DNA of 64,000 nt from a virus. The position numbers were made by a program, and so were the translations under genes. The notes below the pieces were generated by a model. That model had not been told where the DNA came from, made no database searches, and saw nothing but the letters and a program-made list of their open reading frames with translations. Location of the stretch: positions 1 through 64,000 of the IMG/VR virus record IMGVR_UViG_3300020469_000020; one strand, 5' to 3'. Shown piece after piece: positions 47,991 through 57,382 of this stretch (positions are counted from its first letter, which is position 1; every line of letters starts with the position of its first letter).

Positions 47991-48680
47991 TTAAGCGACT
48001 TCAGATGTTGCTCCACTCCAACCTTCTGCTCTCAATCCAGATAAATTGGTTTCAGAGAATGGATTATTTCCTGCCGGATCGTTTGCGGCTGCAGGTAATT
48101 TTTCCCAATACTGATAAGAGAATGTTACACTAAATTCTTCAATTGTGTCTTTATTATCCCAACTTAAATCAATAGGTGATACGTTGACAGGAAATGCATC
48201 TTTAAAATAGTAAGATGCTATGTAAGGACCAGTTGCGCTTTGCCCCTCTGCAATACCACCACTCTTTTTTAATTGATGTACTTCAAAATTTCCAAATATT
48301 GTTGGCGTTGTGCCAAATCCACTCTTAGATTCAAAGATAGCTTTACCTGGAGCCATGAATTCAATCCAAGTTTCAAAAACATGTCTTATTTTATAATCTT
48401 CATCATTAATCACAGTAACTGTCCAATCTGCAAATGTTCTATCAATAGAAGGTACTTTAAATTCTCTACCTAAAAAATTAATAGGTATACTAGCAATTGT
48501 GCTTTCTGGTATCTGTGCTGATTTTATGAAAAAAGAAATGTCTGGTGTAGTTAAACCAGTTGCATCTCTAAGTGCTGGTAATTCACCATTATCTGGAAAA
48601 TCTATTTTAGCATAAAACAAAGAGGGTCTTGCCCCTCCTTGTGCTAATTTATTTCTTAATGCGGTTACGCTAATTCCCAT
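47991..48680 (-). CDS. gp19: Tail tube protein gp19
   Basis: GGARPSLF, FFIKSAQIP.S, RTFADWTVTVINDED, DAFP..VSPIDLSWD..DTIEEFSVTFSYQYW. Confidence 0.96.
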   Translation of the reverse strand: MGISVTALRNKLAQGGARPSLFYAKIDFPDNGELPALRDATGLTTPDISFFIKSAQIPESTIASIPINFLGREFKVPSIDRTFADWTVTVINDEDYKIRHVFETWIEFMAPGKAIFESKSGFGTTPTIFGNFEVHQLKKSGGIAEGQSATGPYIASYYFKDAFPVNVSPIDLSWDNKDTIEEFSVTFSYQYWEKLPAAANDPAGNNPFSETNLSGLRAEGWSGATSEVA

Positions 48681-48726
48681 TTTACTCCTTTAAAAGAAGG
48701 TGAAAAATACACCTTATTGTATTTCT

Positions 48727-48734
48727 TATTTATA
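48727..48734 (-). promoter_or_regulatory. T4-type late promoter TATAAATA for gp19
   Basis: Exact consensus overlapping the gp18 stop; a short hairpin (aaggtg/cacctt, 48697-48715) follows it before the SD. Confidence 0.7.
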
Positions 48735-51132
48735 CACCGAGATCTGAAAATTCTACAGATTGTCCAACTGCAGTAAAGTTTAACTGAATAAAATTGATAA
48801 CATATGTTGGCTTGATATAAATATCAGCTACAAATTTATTTTGCTCAATAAGTAAATCAGTGTTATTTACCTCACTACAAACTACACGGAAATCAGAAGC
48901 ACCTTGTTCTGTAACAACAGTTTCAAGATATGCTTCAGTTACTCTTGCGAATTCAGCTCGAGTAGATGGAGTGTTAAATTCAAACAATCTTCTTCTTGCT
49001 TGAGCAACCACAAACTCTTTCAAAGTAATAAATAACCTTCTCACATTAATTCTATCAAAAGCACTTGCAAAATTTTGCAATGTTTTATCACCATAAAGCA
49101 TTGTTCCTTCACCTCTAAAGGTAATAACTGGATTTACTTGACTAACATAAAGCTCATCCCTTTGTGCTTGTGATGGATTATAAGCAAGTTTTACTACGTT
49201 TTTAATTACACCTCTTACAGCTCCGGCAGGTGAGAACCAAGGTTTAAAGTTTTCATCAGTTCTTGCCATTAAACCACCGATGTCTCCAGACAATGGCAAC
49301 CATCTATAAGTGTCTGCATATTGATCGTATTGATACTTAAAGTTTCCGTCCATAATAGCGTAAGAACTACTATAAACAGATTCTCTCCATGTTATCAAAT
49401 TATCTGTTATTGTCTCAGGATTAGAAATACCTCTTGCTACAGTATTGTATTCTGGAGATACACATACCACACAATCTTTTCTATCTTCAGCAACTTGTAT
49501 CATTTTAGAAATTGCTAATTGATAATTAATTGGTGCTGCACTATTATAAGTCCATCCAGTTAAAAAGAAATCTAATTCATATGTCTCTTTTGCTCTAAAC
49601 AACTCTACGGCAGCTATTACATCTGCTGTACCCATAGCACTTCCGTTAACACCACCAGTGAAACTAGAAACACTAGCATCAGATGCTGCAGAACCCAAAG
49701 TATTGTTGTATGTTCCAAATACTGTTCCTAATGCAGTAGATCCCCAATTAGAAGTTGTTACTGGATGTATTGCCCAACGAACCCATGAAGAATTAGTATT
49801 GATTCTTGAGACATAATAGGTAGGTACACCAAAATCATCTGTACCATCTTTTGCTAGTGAAAGGAAAGCATATGATTCTATAACTTCATTCATTCTACCA
49901 GTTATCATTCCTTGCTCATCTAAAACTACCAAGTGCATTTGGTCATTGTAATCACCAGTTGGATTACCATTCAATGTTCTTATTGAAGTTGAAGTTGCAG
50001 GTTCTGCTGTGAAACTATCTGCATATCTCCATTTTCTACTCCAACTTACAGGTGTATCACTTGTATATGAACCAACTAGACTTCCGTTTAATTTTAATTG
50101 AGTATCACTTACTACTTGTGTAACTCTTGATGTTTGACCATCTACTGTAATGTGATCACCAACACTAACTTGTTTTGTAAACACAGTTCCTGAACCATAT
50201 AATACGTTTGTATTATTAGTAAAGTAAACCATACCCATTAGATTTTTTGGAGAATTTCTTCTAGCACCAGAAGCAAACTCTGCAAATTTAGATCTTTCTC
50301 TAACTGTTATTTGAGTTACAAAAGCCGAAGCTGAATATTCTACAGCAGGAGGTGCAGTATGTGTTCCAACATTAACCCATGCTACTGCAGTTTTTGCTCC
50401 AGTATCCATAGATTGAAACAACATGTTATATTCTTTAGAATTAAAATCAAATGTTATGACTTTTTGCTGAGTCATAATATCATCTTCAGTAAAGTATCCG
50501 TTTGCTCCATCCATAAAGTTGTAGTAGGTATTTGCAACTCCATTATTATTTGCAAATCTAACAGTGTACTTATTACCACTGATAGGAGTTAACTCAATTT
50601 GATTTAAATTATCATTAGCAGTATTAGCCAAACCTTGAGCGTGTGCTCTTTCAGTTGCAAAACACATGTCTACTTTTAAAGTATTTCCTAAAGTACCTGG
50701 AAACTTAGCTATCCATGGTCCATGTGTACTAGTGCTACCAAAAATACTTCCACCACCTGTACCATCACTCAAACCACCTTCTGAAATTAGAAGACTGTCA
50801 TTATAACTTTCATCATTTGTAACTAAAACAGCAGTTCCTGAAAATGTAGCGTTCTTAGTGTTTGCACTGTCTACCATTCTTACTACATTTAAAGAAGTAG
50901 CGTAATCTAAAAAGTTTTTACCATTAAACCATTCTATATAATTGTCACTTTCAGGCTTTCCAAACTCAAGAGCAAGTTCTGTTTCACTTGCTACCATCGT
51001 AGGAATCATTGCAGGTCCCCATGAATAGCGACCAACTACACCACCAACGCTTAATTGAGGAACTGTCACGGTGGTTAGTGAGTTGTCAAATTCTCTTGTA
51101 ACTATTCCAGGAGAAAGTGAGAAATCTGCCAT
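48730..51132 (-). CDS. gp18: Tail sheath protein gp18
   Basis: LSPGI..REFD, WGP, PWFSPAG..RG.IKNVVKLAYNP, LYGDKT, FDRINVRRLF, FEFN, INFIQLNF; 800 aa with inserted domains. Confidence 0.97.
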   Translation of the reverse strand: MADFSLSPGIVTREFDNSLTTVTVPQLSVGGVVGRYSWGPAMIPTMVASETELALEFGKPESDNYIEWFNGKNFLDYATSLNVVRMVDSANTKNATFSGTAVLVTNDESYNDSLLISEGGLSDGTGGGSIFGSTSTHGPWIAKFPGTLGNTLKVDMCFATERAHAQGLANTANDNLNQIELTPISGNKYTVRFANNNGVANTYYNFMDGANGYFTEDDIMTQQKVITFDFNSKEYNMLFQSMDTGAKTAVAWVNVGTHTAPPAVEYSASAFVTQITVRERSKFAEFASGARRNSPKNLMGMVYFTNNTNVLYGSGTVFTKQVSVGDHITVDGQTSRVTQVVSDTQLKLNGSLVGSYTSDTPVSWSRKWRYADSFTAEPATSTSIRTLNGNPTGDYNDQMHLVVLDEQGMITGRMNEVIESYAFLSLAKDGTDDFGVPTYYVSRINTNSSWVRWAIHPVTTSNWGSTALGTVFGTYNNTLGSAASDASVSSFTGGVNGSAMGTADVIAAVELFRAKETYELDFFLTGWTYNSAAPINYQLAISKMIQVAEDRKDCVVCVSPEYNTVARGISNPETITDNLITWRESVYSSSYAIMDGNFKYQYDQYADTYRWLPLSGDIGGLMARTDENFKPWFSPAGAVRGVIKNVVKLAYNPSQAQRDELYVSQVNPVITFRGEGTMLYGDKTLQNFASAFDRINVRRLFITLKEFVVAQARRRLFEFNTPSTRAEFARVTEAYLETVVTEQGASDFRVVCSEVNNTDLLIEQNKFVADIYIKPTYVINFIQLNFTAVGQSVEFSDLGV

Positions 51133-51215
51133 ATCGTATCCTTTTATGATGTTTGTTATTATTAATTATACATCAGAAAAATAAATTATATTTAATTAAT
51201 TTTTTTATTTAAAAA

Positions 51216-51223
51216 TATTTATC
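51216..51223 (-). promoter_or_regulatory. Putative late promoter (GATAAATA) for gp18
   Basis: Overlaps the gp17 stop codon. Confidence 0.55.
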
Positions 51224-52895
51224 AATTTTGGCTTTTTTGAAGACCATCAAATAGCCACATGTTTTGTCTTAGAATTTCAATGTCTTGAGTTTCATCTTCT
51301 TCACCCGCAAATGCTGGTGAGACATAATCATCTATACCATTATTAAGAAATCCAAAAGGTAAATAATTTTCTTCATTTTCTTTTTCTTCAACATACTTCA
51401 TTAGATTTTCACGTATATTACTATCATATAATTCTTTAAAATATTCTTCATCTACTATCCATGAAAATAAAACTAATGTCATAATACAATCATCATGTTT
51501 TCCATTTTCTGCTTTATAAGATCCTGATCTTGCATCAACCGAAAAAGTTAAAAATTCTCCTATTGTATCTGCATCTGTAACTATCAATTGATCTTTTTCA
51601 ATAAGCATTTTTAAATTTGAACAACCCATTCTTTTTATTCTTGCAGTTGTGGTAACTCCATATTTTGCATTTTTGTGAAATCCACTTGACAAAGTAGTTT
51701 TCATATCTTTTTTAACTGTAGTAAACATATTATCATATTCTAAATCTTGAATTAACACATCTGTTACTTGAGAACCTATATTATTTTCTTCAACTAAAAC
51801 ATATGCTTGATTATATTTTAACGCAACATTATGTATTGTTCTTGCATAGATTATCGGCTGTATTGTATTATCACGAAAAACTGCTACTACTTTAAATGGC
51901 CTCATAGAAACATCTATTACAGAAAATACTGAATAGTCTTTGTCCCTACCTTTTGAAACATCCGCTACAATTACATAATCATGTTCTTCTTCTACATCTT
52001 TGTATATTTTTAAATTCTCAGTCTCTTTCTTAGGTTTTTCAATTGCCATATCTTTCAATTTATGAGAAGCTATTAAAGTTGCGGTACTTCCCAAAAATTG
52101 ACAACAGTGTTCTACTAAAAATTTTTCTTCTCCAAATTGTGCAATGGTTTTCTTTTTCCATTCTTCACCTCTATCAGGTCTTTGATGCCACATAACTTTG
52201 TATGGAATGAAATCATTTATACCAGATTCAGCTTCTGTCCAAAACTTATAGAAATGATTTAATCCTTTTGGTGTGGAAGTCATTACAACCTTAGATGATG
52301 TACCAGATGATATTGTGGGATAAGTCGCAGACCAAAATAGATCAAAGTTATCAACAAAAGCACACTCATCTACATAAAGAAAATTAATTGTTTCACCACG
52401 TATACTATCTCCTGTAGATGCTGATACCATCACCATACATCCATTTTCTAACTCAATTGAATTGACATTCCAAGATAACACACCTTGTTGCATCCACAAT
52501 GGAATATGCTCATAAGCTTGCTTAATAAGTCTTAAACTTTTTCTTGCCGTTTTCATGTAATTTGCTAATATAGCAACATTTTTAGAACTATTAAATAAAA
52601 TATAATGAAGAATATATCCACAAATAGTAGTTGTCTTAGAAATCTGTCTAGCTGATAAAACTATAGTGTTTCTATTTTGGTGAACAAGATTTATTATATC
52701 TTCCTGATAATCCCATAATTTTATTATTTGCTTTCCTTTATCAATAGTAACAATTTGAAAATAATTGTTTAGAAAATAAGTTACATCATTTTTACATTTA
52801 ACATACTCTAATATTTGTTTTTTGGTAAAGGGAATGTCTTGTCCAACTCTTTTTAACTTTGGATTATTTTTATAATTTTGTAAATCTACTGTCAT
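51222..52895 (-). CDS. gp17: Terminase large subunit gp17
   Basis: Y..NP.LKR, Walker A RQISKTT, Walker B LYVDECAF, YPTISSG..SK....STPKGLNHFY, nuclease DVSKGR.KDYS and HDDCIM. Confidence 0.97.
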   Translation of the reverse strand: MTVDLQNYKNNPKLKRVGQDIPFTKKQILEYVKCKNDVTYFLNNYFQIVTIDKGKQIIKLWDYQEDIINLVHQNRNTIVLSARQISKTTTICGYILHYILFNSSKNVAILANYMKTARKSLRLIKQAYEHIPLWMQQGVLSWNVNSIELENGCMVMVSASTGDSIRGETINFLYVDECAFVDNFDLFWSATYPTISSGTSSKVVMTSTPKGLNHFYKFWTEAESGINDFIPYKVMWHQRPDRGEEWKKKTIAQFGEEKFLVEHCCQFLGSTATLIASHKLKDMAIEKPKKETENLKIYKDVEEEHDYVIVADVSKGRDKDYSVFSVIDVSMRPFKVVAVFRDNTIQPIIYARTIHNVALKYNQAYVLVEENNIGSQVTDVLIQDLEYDNMFTTVKKDMKTTLSSGFHKNAKYGVTTTARIKRMGCSNLKMLIEKDQLIVTDADTIGEFLTFSVDARSGSYKAENGKHDDCIMTLVLFSWIVDEEYFKELYDSNIRENLMKYVEEKENEENYLPFGFLNNGIDDYVSPAFAGEEDETQDIEILRQNMWLFDGLQKSQN

Positions 52896-52918
52896 TTAAA
52901 ACTACCTTTTTGTAATTG

Positions 52919-52951
52919 GATAAATAATATAAAACTGCATACTTATTTATT
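52919..52951. promoter_or_regulatory. Face-to-face late promoters: GATAAATA (+, 52919-52926) and AATAAATA (-, 52944-52951)
   Basis: Located between divergent gp17 (-) and 52970 (+). Confidence 0.5.
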
Positions 52952-52969
52952 TTTAAAGGAAATTGTCAA

Positions 52970-54991
52970 ATGAAAAGTTTTTTAAATTTTTTAAAAGAGA
53001 ACTCTACAATTGTTGATGAAGGTGTTTTTATAGGTGAAGATGTTCCTATGGGAAAGTTTGTTTCAACAAAAGAAAAAGACATATTAATTGGAAGTGATAC
53101 TAAGCAAGGATTTTATTTATATTTTGTTGAGTATGATTCTTTAAACAAACCTGGTCAGAGTAATATATATTTTGGTATTAAATATAGACCTGGATCAGAA
53201 GGTGATCCTGATCTGTTTTGGGGTTCATTGAGAACACAGAATGAAAAACTGAATAAACCTTTGAAAATGTCTATGTGGAAAGACTTTGTAGTAAAATGTA
53301 ATAGCAACGTATGCAAGCCAGAAAGTGAAAACATTGTAAAACCTGGAAACATATACATGTCTTCTGCTTCAGCACAAACACCTGAAAGTTTACCAAGAAC
53401 AATTTATCAAGGTTTGACAAATCCTAATAAGCAAAAATTTCATCCTTGGATTGTTAATACTACAACTCTAAAGTATGCAAAAAAGGCCGCTGGAGTAAAA
53501 GATGATTCTGATATCAAAATATATCCAATAGCTAAGAATAGAAATACAAGAATCCCTACAGGTAGTGAATATGCATATAGGATTTATGTTTTAGATGACA
53601 TGAACAAACTTCAAGAGGTTTTAACTAAGATAAGAAAAAGTTCTTCAAAATTACCAGCAGAAGTTAAAACTTTTTTCAAACAAGCCGAAGATAATAAAAA
53701 ATATATTAAAGAAGTTTTGATTACAGAAAATGCTCAGGAGTTTATAGCAAAATTTTATCCTATTATAGAAGAGTATTACAAAGATAAGAAAAAACCCTCA
53801 GAATTAAGCACTAAAGAAAGTTATTTTAATTTTCTAAAAAAGTCTATAGAAAAGAACGCTTGGGTTTTAGTTGGTACATTTGAATCACTAGCTACTATAA
53901 TGATGGACAATCTAATTAATGGGAAAAAAGAAGGTCCATATGATCATTTGAATAAACTGTATAATAAGAAAACTGATACAGGTGTAGCACTTCAAGTAAA
54001 ATCAACACAAAAAATAATAAATTTTAAACCAGAACTATTTGATGTTTACTTACCGGCATCTTTGAATAAAGAAGCTAAAGATGAACTTGGAGCATATTTA
54101 ACAGGTGATGATGCTAGTGCAATTAAAGAACGTGAAAAAAAGAAAAAAGAAGATGAGGAAAGAAAAATAGAAAATCAGAAAAAAAGAGAAGTTAGAAGTA
54201 AACTTATGTTTGTTCCTATTCGCTCTGATTTTATTGTAGATGATGTTGCAACAAACTTTTTAAAAGATATAGTTAATGCGGTTAACAACAAAAATGTAAG
54301 TGTGGTTGTTAAATTAAGAAAGTATTTTTTAACCAATGGCATAAAAGATATGATGTCTTTACATGCAGATAAACCACTGAATAAATTATTTATAAAAAGT
54401 TCAACTAGAAATGAAGTTTATATAAAATCTCCTACGCCTATGAGTGCTGGAGATGAAAAGAAATTTTCAAAGAAAATTACAAAATTAACTGCATACGATT
54501 ACATGAAACAAGTATTATCAATGACTACTTCTGATGCTGATATACTTAGAAGAATGTTTACTATGTATGATTTTGTTAATACATTTTTTGATATTGATTT
54601 ACCGGCAGAAGTTAAGTTTATGAAAGTTAGTGATTTCGTAAAAAGTGATTATATGAATGCATTAACTGGTAATAAAAAGAAAGAAGAAACTAAAGAAAAA
54701 GAACAAATAGCCGCATCATATATTGAGGATGTGAATGGTGAATTATTAAATGAAGCAGAAGTTTCTAAAGTTGATAAAGCAGCATTTACACATGTATTTG
54801 ATCTTTTGAAAACTGAAAAAAATCCTTATGGAAATATATTTTTTGAATTCAATGGTAAAGTTTCGCAATTAAATAAAGGTGGTTTAAAAGAAGATACAAA
54901 AGGTGATGATAAGTCTTTTGATAAATTAAAAAAATTAGTTATTCTTTCTAGTGATTTTGGAATTACGCACCATAATTTAAGTAAAAAATAA
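52970..54991 (+). CDS. Large hypothetical protein, putative capsid-targeted internal protein
   Basis: 673 aa; N-terminus MKSFLNFLKE; LLNEAE near the C-terminus; possible degenerate GIY-YIG-like motifs. Confidence 0.6.
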   Translation: MKSFLNFLKENSTIVDEGVFIGEDVPMGKFVSTKEKDILIGSDTKQGFYLYFVEYDSLNKPGQSNIYFGIKYRPGSEGDPDLFWGSLRTQNEKLNKPLKMSMWKDFVVKCNSNVCKPESENIVKPGNIYMSSASAQTPESLPRTIYQGLTNPNKQKFHPWIVNTTTLKYAKKAAGVKDDSDIKIYPIAKNRNTRIPTGSEYAYRIYVLDDMNKLQEVLTKIRKSSSKLPAEVKTFFKQAEDNKKYIKEVLITENAQEFIAKFYPIIEEYYKDKKKPSELSTKESYFNFLKKSIEKNAWVLVGTFESLATIMMDNLINGKKEGPYDHLNKLYNKKTDTGVALQVKSTQKIINFKPELFDVYLPASLNKEAKDELGAYLTGDDASAIKEREKKKKEDEERKIENQKKREVRSKLMFVPIRSDFIVDDVATNFLKDIVNAVNNKNVSVVVKLRKYFLTNGIKDMMSLHADKPLNKLFIKSSTRNEVYIKSPTPMSAGDEKKFSKKITKLTAYDYMKQVLSMTTSDADILRRMFTMYDFVNTFFDIDLPAEVKFMKVSDFVKSDYMNALTGNKKKEETKEKEQIAASYIEDVNGELLNEAEVSKVDKAAFTHVFDLLKTEKNPYGNIFFEFNGKVSQLNKGGLKEDTKGDDKSFDKLKKLVILSSDFGITHHNLSKK

Positions 54992-54994
54992 TAA

Positions 54995-55837
54995 ATGAAA
55001 GCAAACATACACTTTAATCATTATGCATATAAAGGTGAGCAAAATCTAGTACAAGATTTGCATGATGAAATAATACAAATTCTTGGTGTTAATGTATCCT
55101 ATTTACCTAAAGAAAGTTTTAATTATGATTTAATTTTTGGTTCAGATGATGATCAAAGATTTACAGAATCATACTTAATAGAAATGATGTTGGAACAACC
55201 TGATGATTATATGGGAGATGCGCTACTTGGTAAATTTGGTGTTCAAATAGAAGAGACAATTTCTTTAGTAGTATCTCAGAGAAGATTTGATGAACTAAAA
55301 ATAGAAAATTATAAAAGACCAAAAGAAGGAGACTTGATTTATTTTCCAATAGATGATAGACTTTATACAATTACTTTTGTTGATTATCAAGCTCCCGGAT
55401 TTCTACAAGCTGGTATATTTCCAGGTTATAGATTGTCATGTGAATTATATACTCCAAGTCATGAGCAAATACATACTGATGTTAAACATATTGATGAAGC
55501 TGATGAAGAAATACATACTCTAGAAATTCCAATTGTGGATATAGTAGGCAGATTTGCTGCTGGAGAACAAGTAATTGGACAAACAACAAAGTTTGAAGGT
55601 ACTGTTAAAAAGTTCTATCCAAGAAAGAAAGTGTTGGCAGTAAACCATCTAAATGGTTTGTTCTCTGTTAATGAAATTGTCATTGGTCAAAAAACTAATG
55701 CTCAGGCAAAAATCTCAGAATTGATAGACCATATTGATAATAAAAATAGTGAATCTGTCAGACTTGAAACTAATAGACAATTTAGAGATGAAGGTGATCA
55801 ATTACTTGACTGGGATCCAACAAATCCTTTAGCATAA
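54995..55837 (+). CDS. gp14: Neck protein gp14
   Basis: EQNLVQDL..E.IQ..G..V.YLP, IFG.D, KFG.QI, RPKEGDLIYFP, C-terminal D..NP. Confidence 0.93.
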   Translation: MKANIHFNHYAYKGEQNLVQDLHDEIIQILGVNVSYLPKESFNYDLIFGSDDDQRFTESYLIEMMLEQPDDYMGDALLGKFGVQIEETISLVVSQRRFDELKIENYKRPKEGDLIYFPIDDRLYTITFVDYQAPGFLQAGIFPGYRLSCELYTPSHEQIHTDVKHIDEADEEIHTLEIPIVDIVGRFAAGEQVIGQTTKFEGTVKKFYPRKKVLAVNHLNGLFSVNEIVIGQKTNAQAKISELIDHIDNKNSESVRLETNRQFRDEGDQLLDWDPTNPLA

Positions 55838-55844
55838 GAGAAAA

Positions 55845-56786
55845 ATGTTTTTTACTAATTCTGTAAGCGAACAAGACCAGTACCACCAAACTATAAGAAA
55901 TTTGGTGGTTGTAATTGGTTCTTTGTTTTCTAAAATGTTACTTGTAAGAAAAAATCATAAAACAGATATAATTGAAGAGAAAATTAGTGTACCAATAAAT
56001 TTTTCAAATCGTGATAAATTGTTAACACTAGTAAGAGAAGTACCTGATATAGATTCTAAAAATACTAATTATACAATTCCTCGTATTGGATTTTCTTTTG
56101 ATGGGTTAAGTTATGACGGTCAGCGCCAGCTGCCAAAAACTGGTGGTAGAGGAAGACCTACAAAAGATGAAAAAAATAAAAAAGATGCACTTATAATGTA
56201 CAACGGAGTTCCGTATAACTTTGATTTTACTGTTTCTATTGTAACTAAATATGCAGAGGACCTTACACAACTTGTTGAAAAGATTTTACCTTATTTTACA
56301 CCTAATTTAAATATTACATACAAAGCTATACCAGAACTAAGTTTAAATATTGATGTTCCATTATTACTCAATGGAGTGAATTGGCAAGATGATTACCAGG
56401 GATTGCAAGAAAGAAGATTATTAATAGCTGACCTTTCTCTAACTGCAAAATCTTATATTTTTCCACCAATAAAAAGCTATCCAAGAGTAAATACTGTTTT
56501 TGTAGAAACACACACTCTTGCAACCGCCGGAGATTTATATACCAAAAATAAAGTAGCTTTAACTGATAACACAGGAAATACCGTTCAAACAGAATATGGT
56601 GGTAATTTACAAGACGAAAGAGCAAGTAATGCTATGACTGATCCAAGGAATGAGCATAGTTTAATAAAAATATATGGTTATGAAGATAGTGATGACTTTG
56701 GTTTTAAAGAATTTATATATGAAGGAGTAACATACGATACACAAAGAGAAAGAGAAGAAGCATGGGCAAACAATGAAATCATTTAA
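55845..56786 (+). CDS. gp15: Tail sheath stabiliser / tail terminator gp15
   Basis: YHQTIR..V...GSLF, VPI, PRIGF...GL.YD..R.L, VPYNF.F, Q.VE.ILPYF.P, DVP..LN.V...DDY.G. Confidence 0.93.
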   Translation: MFFTNSVSEQDQYHQTIRNLVVVIGSLFSKMLLVRKNHKTDIIEEKISVPINFSNRDKLLTLVREVPDIDSKNTNYTIPRIGFSFDGLSYDGQRQLPKTGGRGRPTKDEKNKKDALIMYNGVPYNFDFTVSIVTKYAEDLTQLVEKILPYFTPNLNITYKAIPELSLNIDVPLLLNGVNWQDDYQGLQERRLLIADLSLTAKSYIFPPIKSYPRVNTVFVETHTLATAGDLYTKNKVALTDNTGNTVQTEYGGNLQDERASNAMTDPRNEHSLIKIYGYEDSDDFGFKEFIYEGVTYDTQREREEAWANNEII

Positions 56787-57369
56787 ACAATTTATAGTAG
56801 AAGAAGATTATAAAGGTGAACACAAAGCACCTTCAAAAAGTCAAGCGGCTCCTTTAAATGATTTAACGGATAATGGTATATATCCAAAAGATGTATATTC
56901 TTCTAATGGATTAAGATATTATGGAACCGGAAGCAACCTTGATAATAAAGCATATGCTATAGTTGACAGTGTCAAAAATAAACCAGAAAGTAAAGTTAAA
57001 ATGTATCGTGCGGTTCCGCATGTAAAATCAAAAGAAGAAAGATTAAGTATAATTAATACTGCTAAAAAAATGTGGATGAAAAGAGAAAAGGTTCATCCTG
57101 CTTTTGAAAGATTAAGTATTCCAAAGAAACAGTATTATGATTGGTTGCATAATGAAGCTGAAAAAATAGAAAAAGAAAAAGAGGAAAAAGATAAGGAAAT
57201 CACCGAAATTAATCCTGGTGACTGGGTAACAACAGTTTTAGGTTATGCAAAGGAACATGGCAAAGCGAATTTAAATGATGAATATAAAGTGTTAAGTAAA
57301 ACAGTAAAAGCTAAAGAACTCTATACCGATGGTAATAGTTGGTTAGAGTGGGCGTATTTGCCAAACTAA
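56773..57369 (+). CDS. ADP-ribosyltransferase-like protein with capsid-targeting-like N-terminus
   Basis: MKSFKQFIVEE; MYRAVP...INPGDWVT...YAKEHG...V.AKELYTDGNS..EW.Y resembles the ART-like domains of phage polyvalent proteins. Confidence 0.55.
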   Translation: MKSFKQFIVEEDYKGEHKAPSKSQAAPLNDLTDNGIYPKDVYSSNGLRYYGTGSNLDNKAYAIVDSVKNKPESKVKMYRAVPHVKSKEERLSIINTAKKMWMKREKVHPAFERLSIPKKQYYDWLHNEAEKIEKEKEEKDKEITEINPGDWVTTVLGYAKEHGKANLNDEYKVLSKTVKAKELYTDGNSWLEWAYLPN

Positions 57370-57382
57370 GTAAGGAGAATAG

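Noticed and set aside
40232-52895. Introns or inteins in gp17, gp18, gp20 or gp23
   Set aside because: ORFs are continuous and near expected length. The extra length of gp18 looks like surface beta-domains, with no intein C/S...HN motifs.
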